Shown in pieces: positions 1 through 12,354 of a DNA stretch of 64,000 nt. Origin of the DNA: Dictyostelium discoideum (Eukaryota); the NCBI GenBank assembly GCA_000004695.1, contig CM000151.3:3776001-3840000 (forward strand). Reading direction: 5' to 3'. A program made the translations under genes and the position numbers. How positions within the stretch are numbered: the first letter of the stretch is position 1; each line of letters opens with the position of its first letter. The notes below the pieces were generated by a model that saw nothing but the letters and a program-made list of their open reading frames with translations, did no database searches and was not told the DNA's origin.

Positions 1-195
1 TTATTTTGGAAATTATTTAGAAATAAAGCAATTTATAAAAAGATATTCTCATTTATGGATAAACAATTCTCATCTGATTATGATTCAATATCATCAATAG
101 AGAATCTTTTAATATATTAAAAGAAAATGTTTATAGAAATTGTAGATTGTATTTACATTTCGGTTTTAGTCTTAAAGATTTGGAAATACATCCAA

Positions 196-236
<41 letters not shown>

Positions 237-434
237 GAGAAATTATTTTCAACAATTAAAGATGATTATAAATTCTATAGAAACTTTTTAAATGGTAATA
301 ATTGTTATTGATATAAATGAATTCAAATATAAAAAAATTAATTGGTTCCTTTTCAATGATTGATGGATTGTTTGATTTATATTGAATTAGTAATGATTCA
401 AAGTGTTGTAATAATAATTACAAACTTCTAAAAA

Positions 435-1072
<638 letters not shown>

Positions 1073-1144
1073 TAATAATAATAATAACAATAGTCTTAAA
1101 AAAAAATTATTTTTTAATTTAAATAGGCCAACAACTATCATTGT

Positions 1145-1216
<72 letters not shown>

Positions 1217-1876
1217 AAATAAATAAATAATAAATAAAAAAATAAAAAACAATTATTTAATAATAAAAAAACAATTAAATTACCATAACTATAAAATAAA
1301 ATAAAAAATATAAAAAAATAAACCTAATATATATATAGGTTACACTTTTTTTTTATTTTATATATTTTAAAAAAAAAAAAAACATATTAAATATATTTCT
1401 GAAAATGTATAAAATAGATTTTTGGATGTCAGTCATTTTGGTGCTTTTAATACATAATAATTTACTATAAATTATATTTTATTTTTTTTGTATTTTATAT
1501 ATTTTTTACGATAGCATCTTATGTTATAGCATAGTTCCAGAACCAACTCCATCAATTGATGATGATTCCACATGTATTTATGATTCAACCAATCTAAATT
1601 CAATAGATCTCCAACCAACGATTGGAACTAATGTCAAATGAAAAAAGAACTTCATTATTATCTTTCAACTTCTCTAACATGCACCGATATAATCACTCAT
1701 AAAAACTTGTACAATTTCTTACTCAACTTATGTTTGCATTAAAACCAAATAAATAATTAAAAATAAATAAAAATAATCTTTTATCATTAAATATATGGAA
1801 TGATTGCTTAAATTTTAATAAATTATTATTATTATTATTATTATTTTTTTAATGTTTAGATATTTATTTTATATAT

Positions 1877-3287
1877 TTAATATTTGTAATCTTTTACATA
1901 TAATGATTCAGATGCTGAACCAGTTGATTCCTCACCAGTGTATTTACCGAGTTGAGCAAGAGAGTTACACTTGGCACGATGTAAATAAACTTTACGAGCA
2001 GCTTCAACGTTGGCAGATTCACCTTTCCAAGTGGAGATGACAGAGGCCTGTAAGGCACGACCGTATGAGAAAGAGAGAGCCCATGGACGATTTGGTAAGA
2101 CATTCATAGCGTTTAAGTTTGCAGTGGCTTCAATTTCAGTTTGACCACCAGATAAGAAAACAACACCAGTAAGAGCTGGTGGAACAGTACGTTGAAGGGT
2201 ACGGACGGTGAATTTACCAATTTGTTCAGAGGTGGCTTTGATTGGACAGTCGGTACCATTGACGACCATATTTGGTTTTAATAAGGCACCTTCTAATAAG
2301 ATATGATGGTCATTGAGTGCTTTGAAAACTGCAGCTAAAACTTTTTCAGTGACTTCAGCAGATTGCTCGACAGTGTGATTACCATCCATTAAGATTTCTG
2401 GTTCGACGATTGGGACCAAACCATTCTCTTGACAAATTGCAGCATAACGAGCTAATGTGTGTGCATTTTCAGTGATTGATAATTGGGATGGACAATTCTT
2501 GGCAAGATCAATCTTTAAGACTGCTCTCCATTTTGCGAAACGTGCACCTGCTTCATAGTATTTCTTACAACGCTCTGCAAGACCATCTAAACCTTGGGTT
2601 GAGGTTTCACCATCGGTACCTGGAATTGGTACAACACCCTTATCAACTTTAATACCAATGTGAATCTTTTGTTCTCTTAAAACATCTGTGAATAATCTAC
2701 CATCTGCCATCTTTTGGTAAAGAGTTTCTTCATATAAAATAATACCACCAATAAATTCGTTAACACCATTACCAGTACCAATTAAAAGTTCTCTGTAGGC
2801 TCTTCTGTTCTCTTCATTGTTTTCTAAATTAATCTTTTTGAAACGAGCTCCAATTGTATTGGTTGATTCATCTGCTGCTAAAATACCTTTACCTGGTGCT
2901 ACAATTGCTTTCTGTTTTTAAAATAAAATAAATAAAAAAATAAAAAAATAAAATTTTAAAAATTAATAAAAATAATAAGAATAATAAGAATAATAAATTA
3001 ATAAATAAAATTTATTAATAATTAATAAAAGAATGAATAAATAGATAAAAAAAGGAATAAAAGAAAAAAAAAAAAAAAAAAAAAACTCCGAAAAATTGTC
3101 GGACAATTGTCGGACAATCTTTCACATAGGAGATAATATTTTTTTTTTTTTTTTCCAATCTTTTTTGATTTAAAAAAAAAATAAAAAAATAAAAAGAATA
3201 AAAAAAAAAAATAATAATCAAAAATTTAAATAGTTGATTAAAACTTACAGCAGTTGCAATTAATTCATCAGCAAATTTAGAATTCAT
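1877..3287 (-). CDS. fba: Fructose-bisphosphate aldolase, class I; join(3249..3287,1877..2911), one intron 2912..3248.
   Basis: Exon 1 ATGAATTCTAAATTTGCTGATGAATTAATTGCAACTGCT|GTAAGT gives [13 protein letters not shown]. Acceptor ...TTTTAAAAACAG|AAAGCAATTGTAGCACCAGGTAAAGGTATTTTAGCAGCAGATGAA gives [15 protein letters not shown]. The rest matches class I aldolase throughout ([24 protein letters not shown]-terminal Y). The phases of the two exons agree. Confidence 0.93.
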
Positions 3288-5188
3288 TTTAAAAAAAAAA
3301 GTATATAGTATAATGGTGTGCAATATAAAATATTGAAGAATGAAAAAAAAAAAAAAAAAAAAAAACAAAAAAAAAAATAAAAATTTTGAAGATAAAAAAA
3401 AAAATTAAAAAAAAAAAAAAAAAAATTAAAAATTAAAATTTTAAAAAATAAAAATTATAAAAATAAAAAAAAAATAAAAAATAATCCCCATCCTGTTTGT
3501 ATTCTCGGGTAGATATATAGGGTAATACTTTTTTTTTTTTTTTATCAACCCCTAATAAAGAATTGAAATTTCAAAAATATCACAAAGAAATTTAATTTTT
3601 TTTTACTTTTTAAATATCTTTTTTTGTGATTTACAACTTTTTTTTTTTTTAATTTTTTTTAAATTAAATTATTTTCTTTTTTTTTGATCATTCTTTATTA
3701 TTATTATTTTTATTTTTTTTTAAAAAATTATTTTACCTTCTTAATTTTATATATTTTATTATTTATTTTTCCTTTATAATTTCTTTATTTTTATGGTTAT
3801 TATTAAAAATTAAATAATAAAAAAAAAAAAAAAATATAAAAAATCTGGAAGTGGCGAAATGAATTTTCATTTTATTTTCCCTTTCACCAGTAAAAAGTTA
3901 TTGATTGAAAAAAAAAAAAAAAAAAAAAAATTATATTAATTTTAACACAAAGCCTATTCTTTAATTTCTTGTTTATTTATTTTTGGTATCAATTTTTTTT
4001 AAAGTTTTATTTTTATTTTTGATTTTATTTTTATTTTTTCTTAATTTTTTTGTTTGTTAAATAAAGGCACACATTCTTAAAATTTTAAGAAAATGACTTC
4101 AAAAATAGATGATATAGATATCGATAATGGAGAAGAGATTTTGAAGACCAAGATAGTGATGATGATGCATCTAAATCCAAATAAGATTCAAATAGAAAAC
4201 GAAAGGTTTCAACACCAGCCCTAAAATCAATACCAAAATTACCATTATTCAACAACCTAAAAATGATACAAACATCATAGAAAAGGATATTTTTTTTTTT
4301 TTATATGATAAATTCAAAATAGTATTTATTTTATTTGATTTCAATCTACAAATAAACAGATCCGACTGATTTTGATTTATCTTTTGGATGAAAAATTTTG
4401 AATTGTTTCATAAATGTTTTGTGATGCATTTCAATTGCCAATTTATTTGATCTAAATTGATGTCACAGTTAGTTTCATACTACAACCTTAGTTTCTTTGT
4501 ATTGTTTCGAACGGGTGTTTTTAAAAACACCATTTGGTTTCATCTTTATTTTCTATTCTAACAAATGGATCTACACTATTATCAAATGAACTATCTGTAA
4601 TTTCACCAGTAATAAAAAAAAAAAAATTAACAATATTATCAGAAGATGATGATTTTTTTCCTAATGTTTCATTTTTGCCACCCAAGTTACCTTTTTTTTT
4701 TTTTAAAAATAATATAAAATATATTAATATCCATCATTAAAATCCATTTATTTTATTTTATTTTTTTTTATTTTTACCTTGTTTAGTTTGTTCATTTATT
4801 ATATCGTTCATTAAAGGCTTTCTTTTTTTTTTTTCTTATTTATAAAATTTCTTTTGAAATTTCAATTTTTTACTTTACTCCAAAGCTTTTTAATTTTTTT
4901 TTTTTTCAAATAATTTCGATCAACACAAAAATCAGATATTTTTTTAATTTAAAAAAATGAAAAGTTTAAGAGTTTCGGGAGTCTGGAAGGTAAGAAAATA
5001 AAAAAAAAATAAACAACATCGAATTTGGAAAAATAAAAAAAAAAATAAATAAATAAATAAAATTAAGATAATTAATTTTTTTTTTTTTTTTTTTTGTTTA
5101 TTTTTTTTTTCTTCTCCTTTTGTGTTTCTTAATTGTATTCAATGATAAATACAATTTTTTGTATATTATTGAGTGTTGGATCTTTTTA

Positions 5189-5236
<48 letters not shown>

Positions 5237-5237
5237 C

Positions 5238-6033
5238 TTAAACGTGTAAGTGCAAATGTTCAAAATCATTGTAAGTGTCAGTTTCTTTATTATCATCTAT
5301 ACTTTCATTGATATCAATGTGTCTTGAGGAAGAGTCATTTGATGAAGGTGCTTGATCAATAGCATTTGAATCGTCTTTGATACAGATTACATTACACTTT
5401 GCATGTTCAAGGATGTAACGAGAAGTTGAGCCAATGAATATCCTTTTGATTGGTCCAATTCCTCTTCTTCCAACTACTAGATAGTGAATATCTTTTTCAA
5501 CTGCTGCTTTAATTACAGCTTCTCCAACATGATTTCCATGGCCTAACAATGCTTTAACATTTTGAACACCTAAATTTTTACATAAATTAGCTCTGTTTAT
5601 TAAAATTGATTTGTGTTTTCTCTCAATTGCTTTCAATGTTTCTTTAAAATATATATTAATGTAAATATTAATATTTAATTTTTTTTTTTTGTTTTTTTTT
5701 TTTTTTTTTTTATTTTATTTTATTTTATTTTATTTTATTTTATTTTATTTTATTTTATTTTATTTTATTTTATTTTATTTTATTTTATTTTATATATATT
5801 AATTAATTTATTAATTTATTTTATTTTATTTATTTATTTATTTATTTTTTAAAAAAAGACATACCTGAAACAACAACCGCAGAAATTGCGGACGATGGGA
5901 ATGTAATTGGATCCTCTGCTACAGAAATTAGGTATAACAAATCCTTATCTTTTTGAAATACATGATTAATAATTTCTTTGATTGAATGTTCAGTATTACT
6001 TCCTTCATCCACTGCTATCATATAATTTACCAT
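5238..6033 (-). CDS. Universal stress protein (UspA) family protein; join(5865..6033,5238..5641).
   Basis: Exon 1 MVNYMIAVDEGSNTEHSIKEIINHVF...AVVVSG ends before GTATGT (phase 1). Exon 2 follows TTTTAAAG and contains VKALLGHGNHVGEAVIKAAVEKDIHYLVVGRRGIGPIKRIFIGSTSRYILEHAKCNVICIK, which is the USP ATP-binding G-x2-G-x9-G-S/T motif. The intron holds a (TATTT)n repeat. The ORF-track M at 5636 is actually TTG. Confidence 0.85.
5711..5790. repeat. (TATTT)n repeat, about 16 units, inside the USP intron.
   Basis: Read directly from the sequence. Confidence 0.95.
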
Positions 6034-6246
6034 TTTTTTTTTTTTTAATTAATTTTTGGATAAAAAAAAAAATTTTATTGGTATTATTTTTTTTTTTTTT
6101 TTTTTTAATTGAAATTACAACAAAAAATAATAAAATTAAATTTTTTTAATTATTTTTTTTTATTATTTTTTTTATTTTTTTTATTTTTTTTTTTTATTAT
6201 TGATTTTGTATGAAAAAATAAAATGGTAAATTATATTATTTTAATT

Positions 6247-6310
6247 TTTAGAAGATGAAATACAAAATTTTATTATTTTTTTAATACAATTTTGTATTTC
6301 ATCTTCTAAA
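6247..6310. promoter_or_regulatory. Perfect 23-bp inverted repeat (TTTAGAAGATGAAATACAAAATT / AATTTTGTATTTCATCTTCTAAA) with an 18-nt spacer, in the divergent USP / glycosyltransferase promoter.
   Basis: Arms at 6247..6269 and 6288..6310 are exact reverse complements. Confidence 0.6.
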
Positions 6311-6355
6311 TATTAAAATAATACAATAAAAAAATTTATATAAATATAACCAATC

Positions 6356-6394
<39 letters not shown>

Positions 6395-6579
6395 CCAACG
6401 AACGTTCGTTTTTGTTTTTTTTTTTTATTATTTTTTTTTAATATTTTTTTATTTTTTTTTTTATTTTTTTTTTTTTAAATTGGTTCAATTAAAAAGTTTG
6501 CTAGTCAAACGATTTAGGCAAATAGTGTAATATTACGAAAATAAAACAAATAAATAACAAATATTTAAATAAAAAAATC

Positions 6580-6702
6580 ATGATTTCAAAGATTTTTTCA
6601 AAACAATCAATATTTGCAATATTTGTTATATGTTTGTTTATATTCATTTTAAATAATAATATTATTGACACAAAACTAAAAGAAAAACATATTAAAGAAC
6701 AA

Positions 6703-6791
<89 letters not shown>

Positions 6792-9402
6792 TAATAATAA
6801 AAAATCAAACGTAAAGAAAAATTCATATAATAGTTTTAGAAATATTAATTTTTTAAATGAAGAATTTCCTCAGCTCTACACATATAATCCTGAAGAGCAG
6901 AATATAGAAACATACCACTACTACGAGGAAGAGGAAGAAGAAGAAGTAGAAGTAGAAGTAGAAGAGGGAGAAGAAGAAGAAGATAATTATCAAGATAAAA
7001 ATAAATTAAAGATATTTAACAATGAGATTAAAGAGGAATGGTCAAAATTACCAAGTGATATAATGGATAAAAAGAGGATTTGTATAGTTACAACTGAAAT
7101 AGAGGGACCAGTTTTGGGAGGTGGTATTGGAACGGCATATACAGCATTATCACAAAAATTGAATGAGGATGGACATCAAATTACAATTGTTTTAGTGAAT
7201 AAAGTGAAGAGATTAACAATGGAGCATTGGATAGAACTTTACGGACGACAAGGTATAGAGTTGGTGATTTTAGATTTCTTTCTATTGGATCCTCTATCGG
7301 TTGGATCAAAGGTTGCAATGGAAAATCAGAATAAATTGAACCCAAATGAAACTGATAATCTCATTGGAATGATAGGTTGTACTGGACCATGCATTAGATC
7401 CTATCGTACTTATCTTTGGTTATCAAGACACGAGAATCAATTTGATTTCATACATTTTCATGACAATGGTGGTATGGCCTATTTCTCAACTCTATCACAA
7501 CGTCAAGGTTTACACTTTCAAGAGGTAAACATTGTCATTGGTGGTCATGGTCCACATCTTTGGGAAAGAATCGCAAATTCTGCCAATCTAGATGATGGTA
7601 AACATTTCGAAGTAGATTATTTAGAAAGAAAATCGGTTCAATTCTCAAATTATCTTATATCACCAAGTAATTATATGTTAAATTGGATGACTTATAATCG
7701 TTGGGAAATTCCAAAGAATTCTTTTGTTCATCAAAATTTATTACCTGGTAAAAATCAACAATCCTTATCACCAATGTTATTAAATGATTTTTTATTTAAA
7801 CAACAACAACAACAACAACAAGATATTAATGCTGATCAGCAAGATGATGACAATGATAATGGTTTAGAATTACATGATTTTAATGAAATATTATTTTTTG
7901 GTAGATTAGAGTCAAGAAAAGGTTTAGATATATTTTTAAAAGCTTTAGAATCATTATCACAACAAATAAAGAGTTATTCAATGAAAATTACATTCCTTGG
8001 ATCAAATACGAAATTAATGGAATTCAATGTAATGGCTGATTTATATATTGATTCAGTTTGTAGACGATTGGATATTTATTGTCAAATTTTAGTTGGAAAA
8101 TCTCATACTGAAGCAATTCAATATTTAACTACCAATAAACATGATAAATTGGTTGTGGTCGCTTCACCCATTGATAATTCTCCAAATACCGTATTGGAAT
8201 GTTTAACTCATCGTTTATCTTTAATTGCAACCAATGTTGGTGGTATACCTGAACTCATTCATCCAAATGATAGAAAGAGGGTTTTATTCGATCCAAAACC
8301 AAAATCATTGATCAAATTAATTAAAACTTTAAAAGAAACTGGTATCTCTGCTGCTAGATTTTCAACTGATGAATGGACTCGTCAAATGATTTGGAGTAAT
8401 TGGCATTCTATTGCACAATTGGATTCTTCAATAACAAATAGAAATAGAAAATTAAATAGTGTTAGATTAGATAATATCAAAAAGAAATTATTAACTATAG
8501 TTTTAATATATGATAGAAGTAATTTAGAAACTTTATTAAAAAATATAAACTCTATTTCATCTCAACCATCACCATACTTTAATTATAATATTTTAATAGC
8601 AAAATCTTCAAAGATTCCTGGTGGTTCAACTGATAAAATCTCTCCAAAACTTTCAAAACTTTTAAAATCTTTAAATATTTTTTATCTTGTAACTGAAATT
8701 AATGATAGTTTATTACAACCATTTCAACCATGGAACTCAAAAGAAATATTAGAACATTCAACAGGTGATAATATCCTCTTTTTAGATCCTTTAGATTATC
8801 TCTCTTCAAATGCTTTATATCTATTAGGAAGAGTTGATCAATTTACAAATGCTCAAATTATCACTGGTTCAGTTTTATTCAGTGGAAATAATTCAATTAT
8901 AATTGATAAAGTTTTTGATCAAATTAATAAAAATATTGGAACTACTACTACCACTACTACCACCACCACCACCACTACAACCACCACTACAACTTCTTCA
9001 ACTACATCTTCTTCTTTAGATCATTCACCAGATACAAGTATAACTTCAATTTATATGGGATGTACTGGTATGCCTGGTATAATGTATAATTGTTATGGTA
9101 GTAGTAATTTATTAATAAGTAGAGTAGCTTTACAAGAATTAAGTAATCAATATCCTGTACTCAAGAAAAACAATAGCGCTGATAATGATCATTTTGATCA
9201 TTTAGATTTCAATAGCGATATTGAAAATAGTGGTACTTGGGACTTTTATGCTCATGCAACAAGTAATGGTTATTCTTTACAAACTATACCAAAGGTTTTA
9301 TTTATCTCTGATAGATTAGAATATGAACCTCAAATTACCTATAGTCAAGAAACTAGAGTTTTAAAAAATTTTGATAGTAAATATTATAATATTTTTATTT
9401 AA
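6580..9402 (+). CDS. Type II membrane glycosyltransferase with an N-terminal signal anchor. It has a GT4 (GT-B fold) catalytic domain followed by a second, GT2-like region. It is probably spliced at 9376/9377 to the downstream sulfotransferase exon (see next feature).
   Basis: MISKIFSKQSIFAIFVICLFIFILNN is a signal anchor. GT4 signatures are ICIVTTEIEGPVLGGGIGTAYTAL and the EX7E-type motif ECLTHRLSLIATNVGGIPELI. The GT2-like stretch is LTIVLIYDRSNLETL. The ORF is 940 codons with an acidic/poly-N linker. A phase-1 GTAAAT donor at 9377 sits 9 codons before the in-frame stop. Confidence 0.85.
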
Positions 9403-9409
9403 TTTTATT

Positions 9410-9457
<48 letters not shown>

Positions 9458-9501
9458 AATTAATTTTTAATTTTTTTTTTTTTTTATTATCCAAAAAATA
9501 G

Positions 9502-10646
9502 ATATTCTACCACCAACATTTGAATTATCATCATTAGCGACAAGACATTTTTTAACAACAAAGAAGTTATATTTAAATGAGATTATTAATGTAAATACAA
9601 AATCAAAAGAATGCGAAAGATTATTAAATAGTGGTAACATCAATAATATTAATAGTAATAATAATAATAATAATAATAACCAAGAGTTAATTAAAATATC
9701 AAATGATAATTTTAATGAAAATGGTGAAGAGAATCATATGGAAAGTAGAAATCATATTAAAATGTTATTTGTTAGAGGTCATGAAAAGAGTGGAACAAGT
9801 TGGTTAAAAAAAGTTATTGATTTACATCCAAGAATTTTCATGGCAAAACAAGAGTTTCATTTCTCTATTATGGAGGAAGGTTTAGATAAATTTACATCGA
9901 AACCATGGGCAGCTGCACAAGAACCATATAAATCTTATAGTAGAAAATGGTATAGATCATTTGTTAGAAATATTTTATTATCAGGTGTATCACCATCATT
10001 GGCTCCATTAATTAATTGGATCGGTGAGAAAACTCCATCACCATTGGCACCAATTATCTCTGGTTCAAGATATATTCTAATCATTAGAGATGGTCGTGAT
10101 GTGGTTATAAGTTTATTTTGGCATTATGTAAGATTAGGTGGTTTTGAAAATTGGTGTGGTCCAAATCAACATCATTTAGTCAATCCAGATTATGTCAAAG
10201 AGTATCGTGCTGATAATGGTACAAAAGATTACTTCTCAATTTATCCAGAAAGATTATTGGAAAAAGAAATTTGCTTTAGAAAAATCGCTTCTGGTTGGGC
10301 AAAACGTGTTAGAGAGGATCAATCTGTCATTGATGCATTACAATCGAATCCAGTTGCTTCGGTTTTCTCTTTACGTTATGAAGAATTACATAGAAATCCT
10401 GAAGAAAATAGAAAAGCTCTTTACCAATTTTTAGATTTAGATTATAATGAAGCTGAACCATTATCTGTTGAAGATAAAACTATACCCGGTGGTTTCGATG
10501 AAAAATCTGATAAAAATAAATTCTTTAGAAAAGGTGAAATTGGTGATTGGAAAAATTATTTCACTGATAATAATAAACGTTGGTTTAAAGAAGAAACTGG
10601 TAGTTTATTAGTTGATTTAGGTTATGAATTAAATAATGATTGGTAA
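9502..10646 (+). CDS. Sulfotransferase domain exon (PAPS-dependent, Sulfotransfer_1-like). It has no start codon of its own and is most likely the 3' exon of the upstream glycosyltransferase gene via intron 9377..9501. Combined model: join(6580..9376,9502..10646).
   Basis: The 5'-PSB motif is RGHEKSGTSWL and the 3'-PB motif is IIRDGRDVVISLFWHY. The reading frame is open with no ATG from 9471 to the first M at 9738, which is 80 sense codons in 78% AT DNA (chance probability about 4e-4). Acceptor AAAAAATAG|AT at 9501 needs one carried nucleotide. The GTAAAT donor at 9377 in the upstream ORF supplies exactly phase 1, and the splice gives ...NFD-N-ILPPTFELSS... Confidence 0.7.
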
Positions 10647-10696
10647 TAAATAAAATAATAAACTATATTTAATAATATTTATTTATTTGTTTTTTT

Positions 10697-10727
<31 letters not shown>

Positions 10728-10785
10728 CATAATATTTAATAATAATTTATTTTATTTTATTTATTTTTTTTGATTTAAAATTGAT

Positions 10786-12150
10786 TTATCTTAATTTAAC
10801 AGATAAATGATTTTCTAATTTTTCACGTAAATTAAATTGAAGAATATCAATCTCTTCATTTGTTAAATTTCTATCCATTGAACGATAATAAATTCTATAG
10901 CAATGAGAAGTTTTATTTAATTTTTTATTTGTAAAATTATCAACTAAATCAACTCTTTCAACTAAATCACCACATGATTCACGAACAAATTCATAGAATT
11001 TATTTTCATGAAAGTTTTCTTCATCTTCTAACCAAAAACTAACATCTTTAAAGCATGATGGATATTTACTAAATTGTTGAAATTGAACACCTTTAATATC
11101 TATATCAGATAATGTTGAGGAGGAGGAGGAGGAGGAGGAGGAGGAAGAGGAAGATGAAGTACTGATAGACTTATCAACTCCTTTAAATTGATTATGAAAT
11201 CTATTATCTTCAGTCCAAAATAAACGAATATCAGGAATATTGAATAGGATCATTGCTAATCTTTCTAAACCAATACCAAAGGCCCATGCTCTATCATTCG
11301 ATAAACCACAATTATTCATGATTGAAGGATGAACAACACCACAACCTAAAACTTCTAACCATTGACCTTGGAAATAAATTTCCATTTCAAATGAAGGAGA
11401 AGTGAATGGGAAATAAGCATCAATCCAACGAACTTGTAAATCTTGACCAATGACACTACGTATCATTGATTCTAATGATTGTTTAAGATCTTTTTCAACA
11501 TCTTTTACTGATTGCAATTGTTTATAGTTATTATCTTCATAGTAATCTATGGTTTCATCGAATGGTTTACCATCTATAGCTAAATTTACTTTATCTTTGA
11601 ATACTTTTACACCTTCCATTTGATGAAAAACTGGATAGTGTACAGCATCGATAGTATCTCTACGATAGACATCACCTGTTACCAAGAATGCTTTTTCTTG
11701 CTCACGTAAAAGTTGAGATTGATGTGCACTTGTATGAGTTCTTAACAATTGATCCTTACTGAAATAGTAGGTATCATTTGGACTTCTTCCAACATGATCC
11801 ACTGGAAATAATAATTCATCAAAGTTCTCTTTAACACTTACTTTTGGTTCAAATGAATCAAAGAATTGGAATTTATGTTCTTCATCTGATAATTTATTTT
11901 GAAAATGATATTGAATCTTTTTCTTTATAATATTCAATGGATGATCTCTTTTACAATGTAAATTCTTACCAATCTTTTCTGTAATTGATTTTGAAATATT
12001 TCCATTCTCTGGTATTAACTTTGTATAGTCAATTTTACCACTACTATTGTTAGTTGTAGAACAATAAAAATTTATATTTAAATAACTTTTATTTAATCCA
12101 TCATATCTATTAACTATATTATTATTAATATTTCTTAAAATTTTGATCAT
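10786..12150 (-). CDS. mpheS: Mitochondrial phenylalanine--tRNA ligase (monomeric FARS2-type), single exon.
   Basis: Class II aaRS core with FPFTSPSFEMEIYFQGQWLEVLGCGVVHP and GIGLERLAMILFNIPDIRLFW. C-terminal FDX-ACB anticodon-binding domain (FSKYPSCFKDVSFWL...HCYRIYYRS). Confidence 0.9.
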   Translation of the reverse strand: MIKILRNINNNIVNRYDGLNKSYLNINFYCSTTNNSSGKIDYTKLIPENGNISKSITEKIGKNLHCKRDHPLNIIKKKIQYHFQNKLSDEEHKFQFFDSFEPKVSVKENFDELLFPVDHVGRSPNDTYYFSKDQLLRTHTSAHQSQLLREQEKAFLVTGDVYRRDTIDAVHYPVFHQMEGVKVFKDKVNLAIDGKPFDETIDYYEDNNYKQLQSVKDVEKDLKQSLESMIRSVIGQDLQVRWIDAYFPFTSPSFEMEIYFQGQWLEVLGCGVVHPSIMNNCGLSNDRAWAFGIGLERLAMILFNIPDIRLFWTEDNRFHNQFKGVDKSISTSSSSSSSSSSSSSSTLSDIDIKGVQFQQFSKYPSCFKDVSFWLEDEENFHENKFYEFVRESCGDLVERVDLVDNFTNKKLNKTSHCYRIYYRSMDRNLTNEEIDILQFNLREKLENHLSVKLR

Positions 12151-12354
12151 TTTTTTTTTTTATTTGGATATTAAAAAAAATAAAAAAAAATTAAAAAAAA
12201 ATTAAAAAACAATTTAACCACAATTCGTTCGATTTTTTTTTTTTTTTTTTTTTTAATTTTGTTTTTATTTTTTGGTTTTTTTTTTCTTTCTCGCATTAAT
12301 AAAAAATATATTAATATATAAAAAAAATAATAAATTAAAAAAAAATATAAATAA

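Noticed and set aside
1500-1720. 47-codon open frame (SIVPEPTPSIDDDSTCIYDSTNLNSIDLQPTIGTNVK) in a GC-richer block between convergent genes.
   Set aside because: No start, no compatible upstream donor and no recognisable domain. It is more likely 3' UTR sequence of the aldolase or upstream gene. I kept it only as a note.
3015-3368. 117-aa ORF-track ORF (poly-F/K).
   Set aside because: It is aldolase exon 1 ([13 protein letters not shown]) read through the GTAAGT donor into intronic homopolymers.
5636-5636. ORF-track Met starts at 5636, 779, 30310 and 36915.
   Set aside because: The underlying codons are TTG or GTG. The track uses a bacterial start table, so these are internal exon positions, not initiators.
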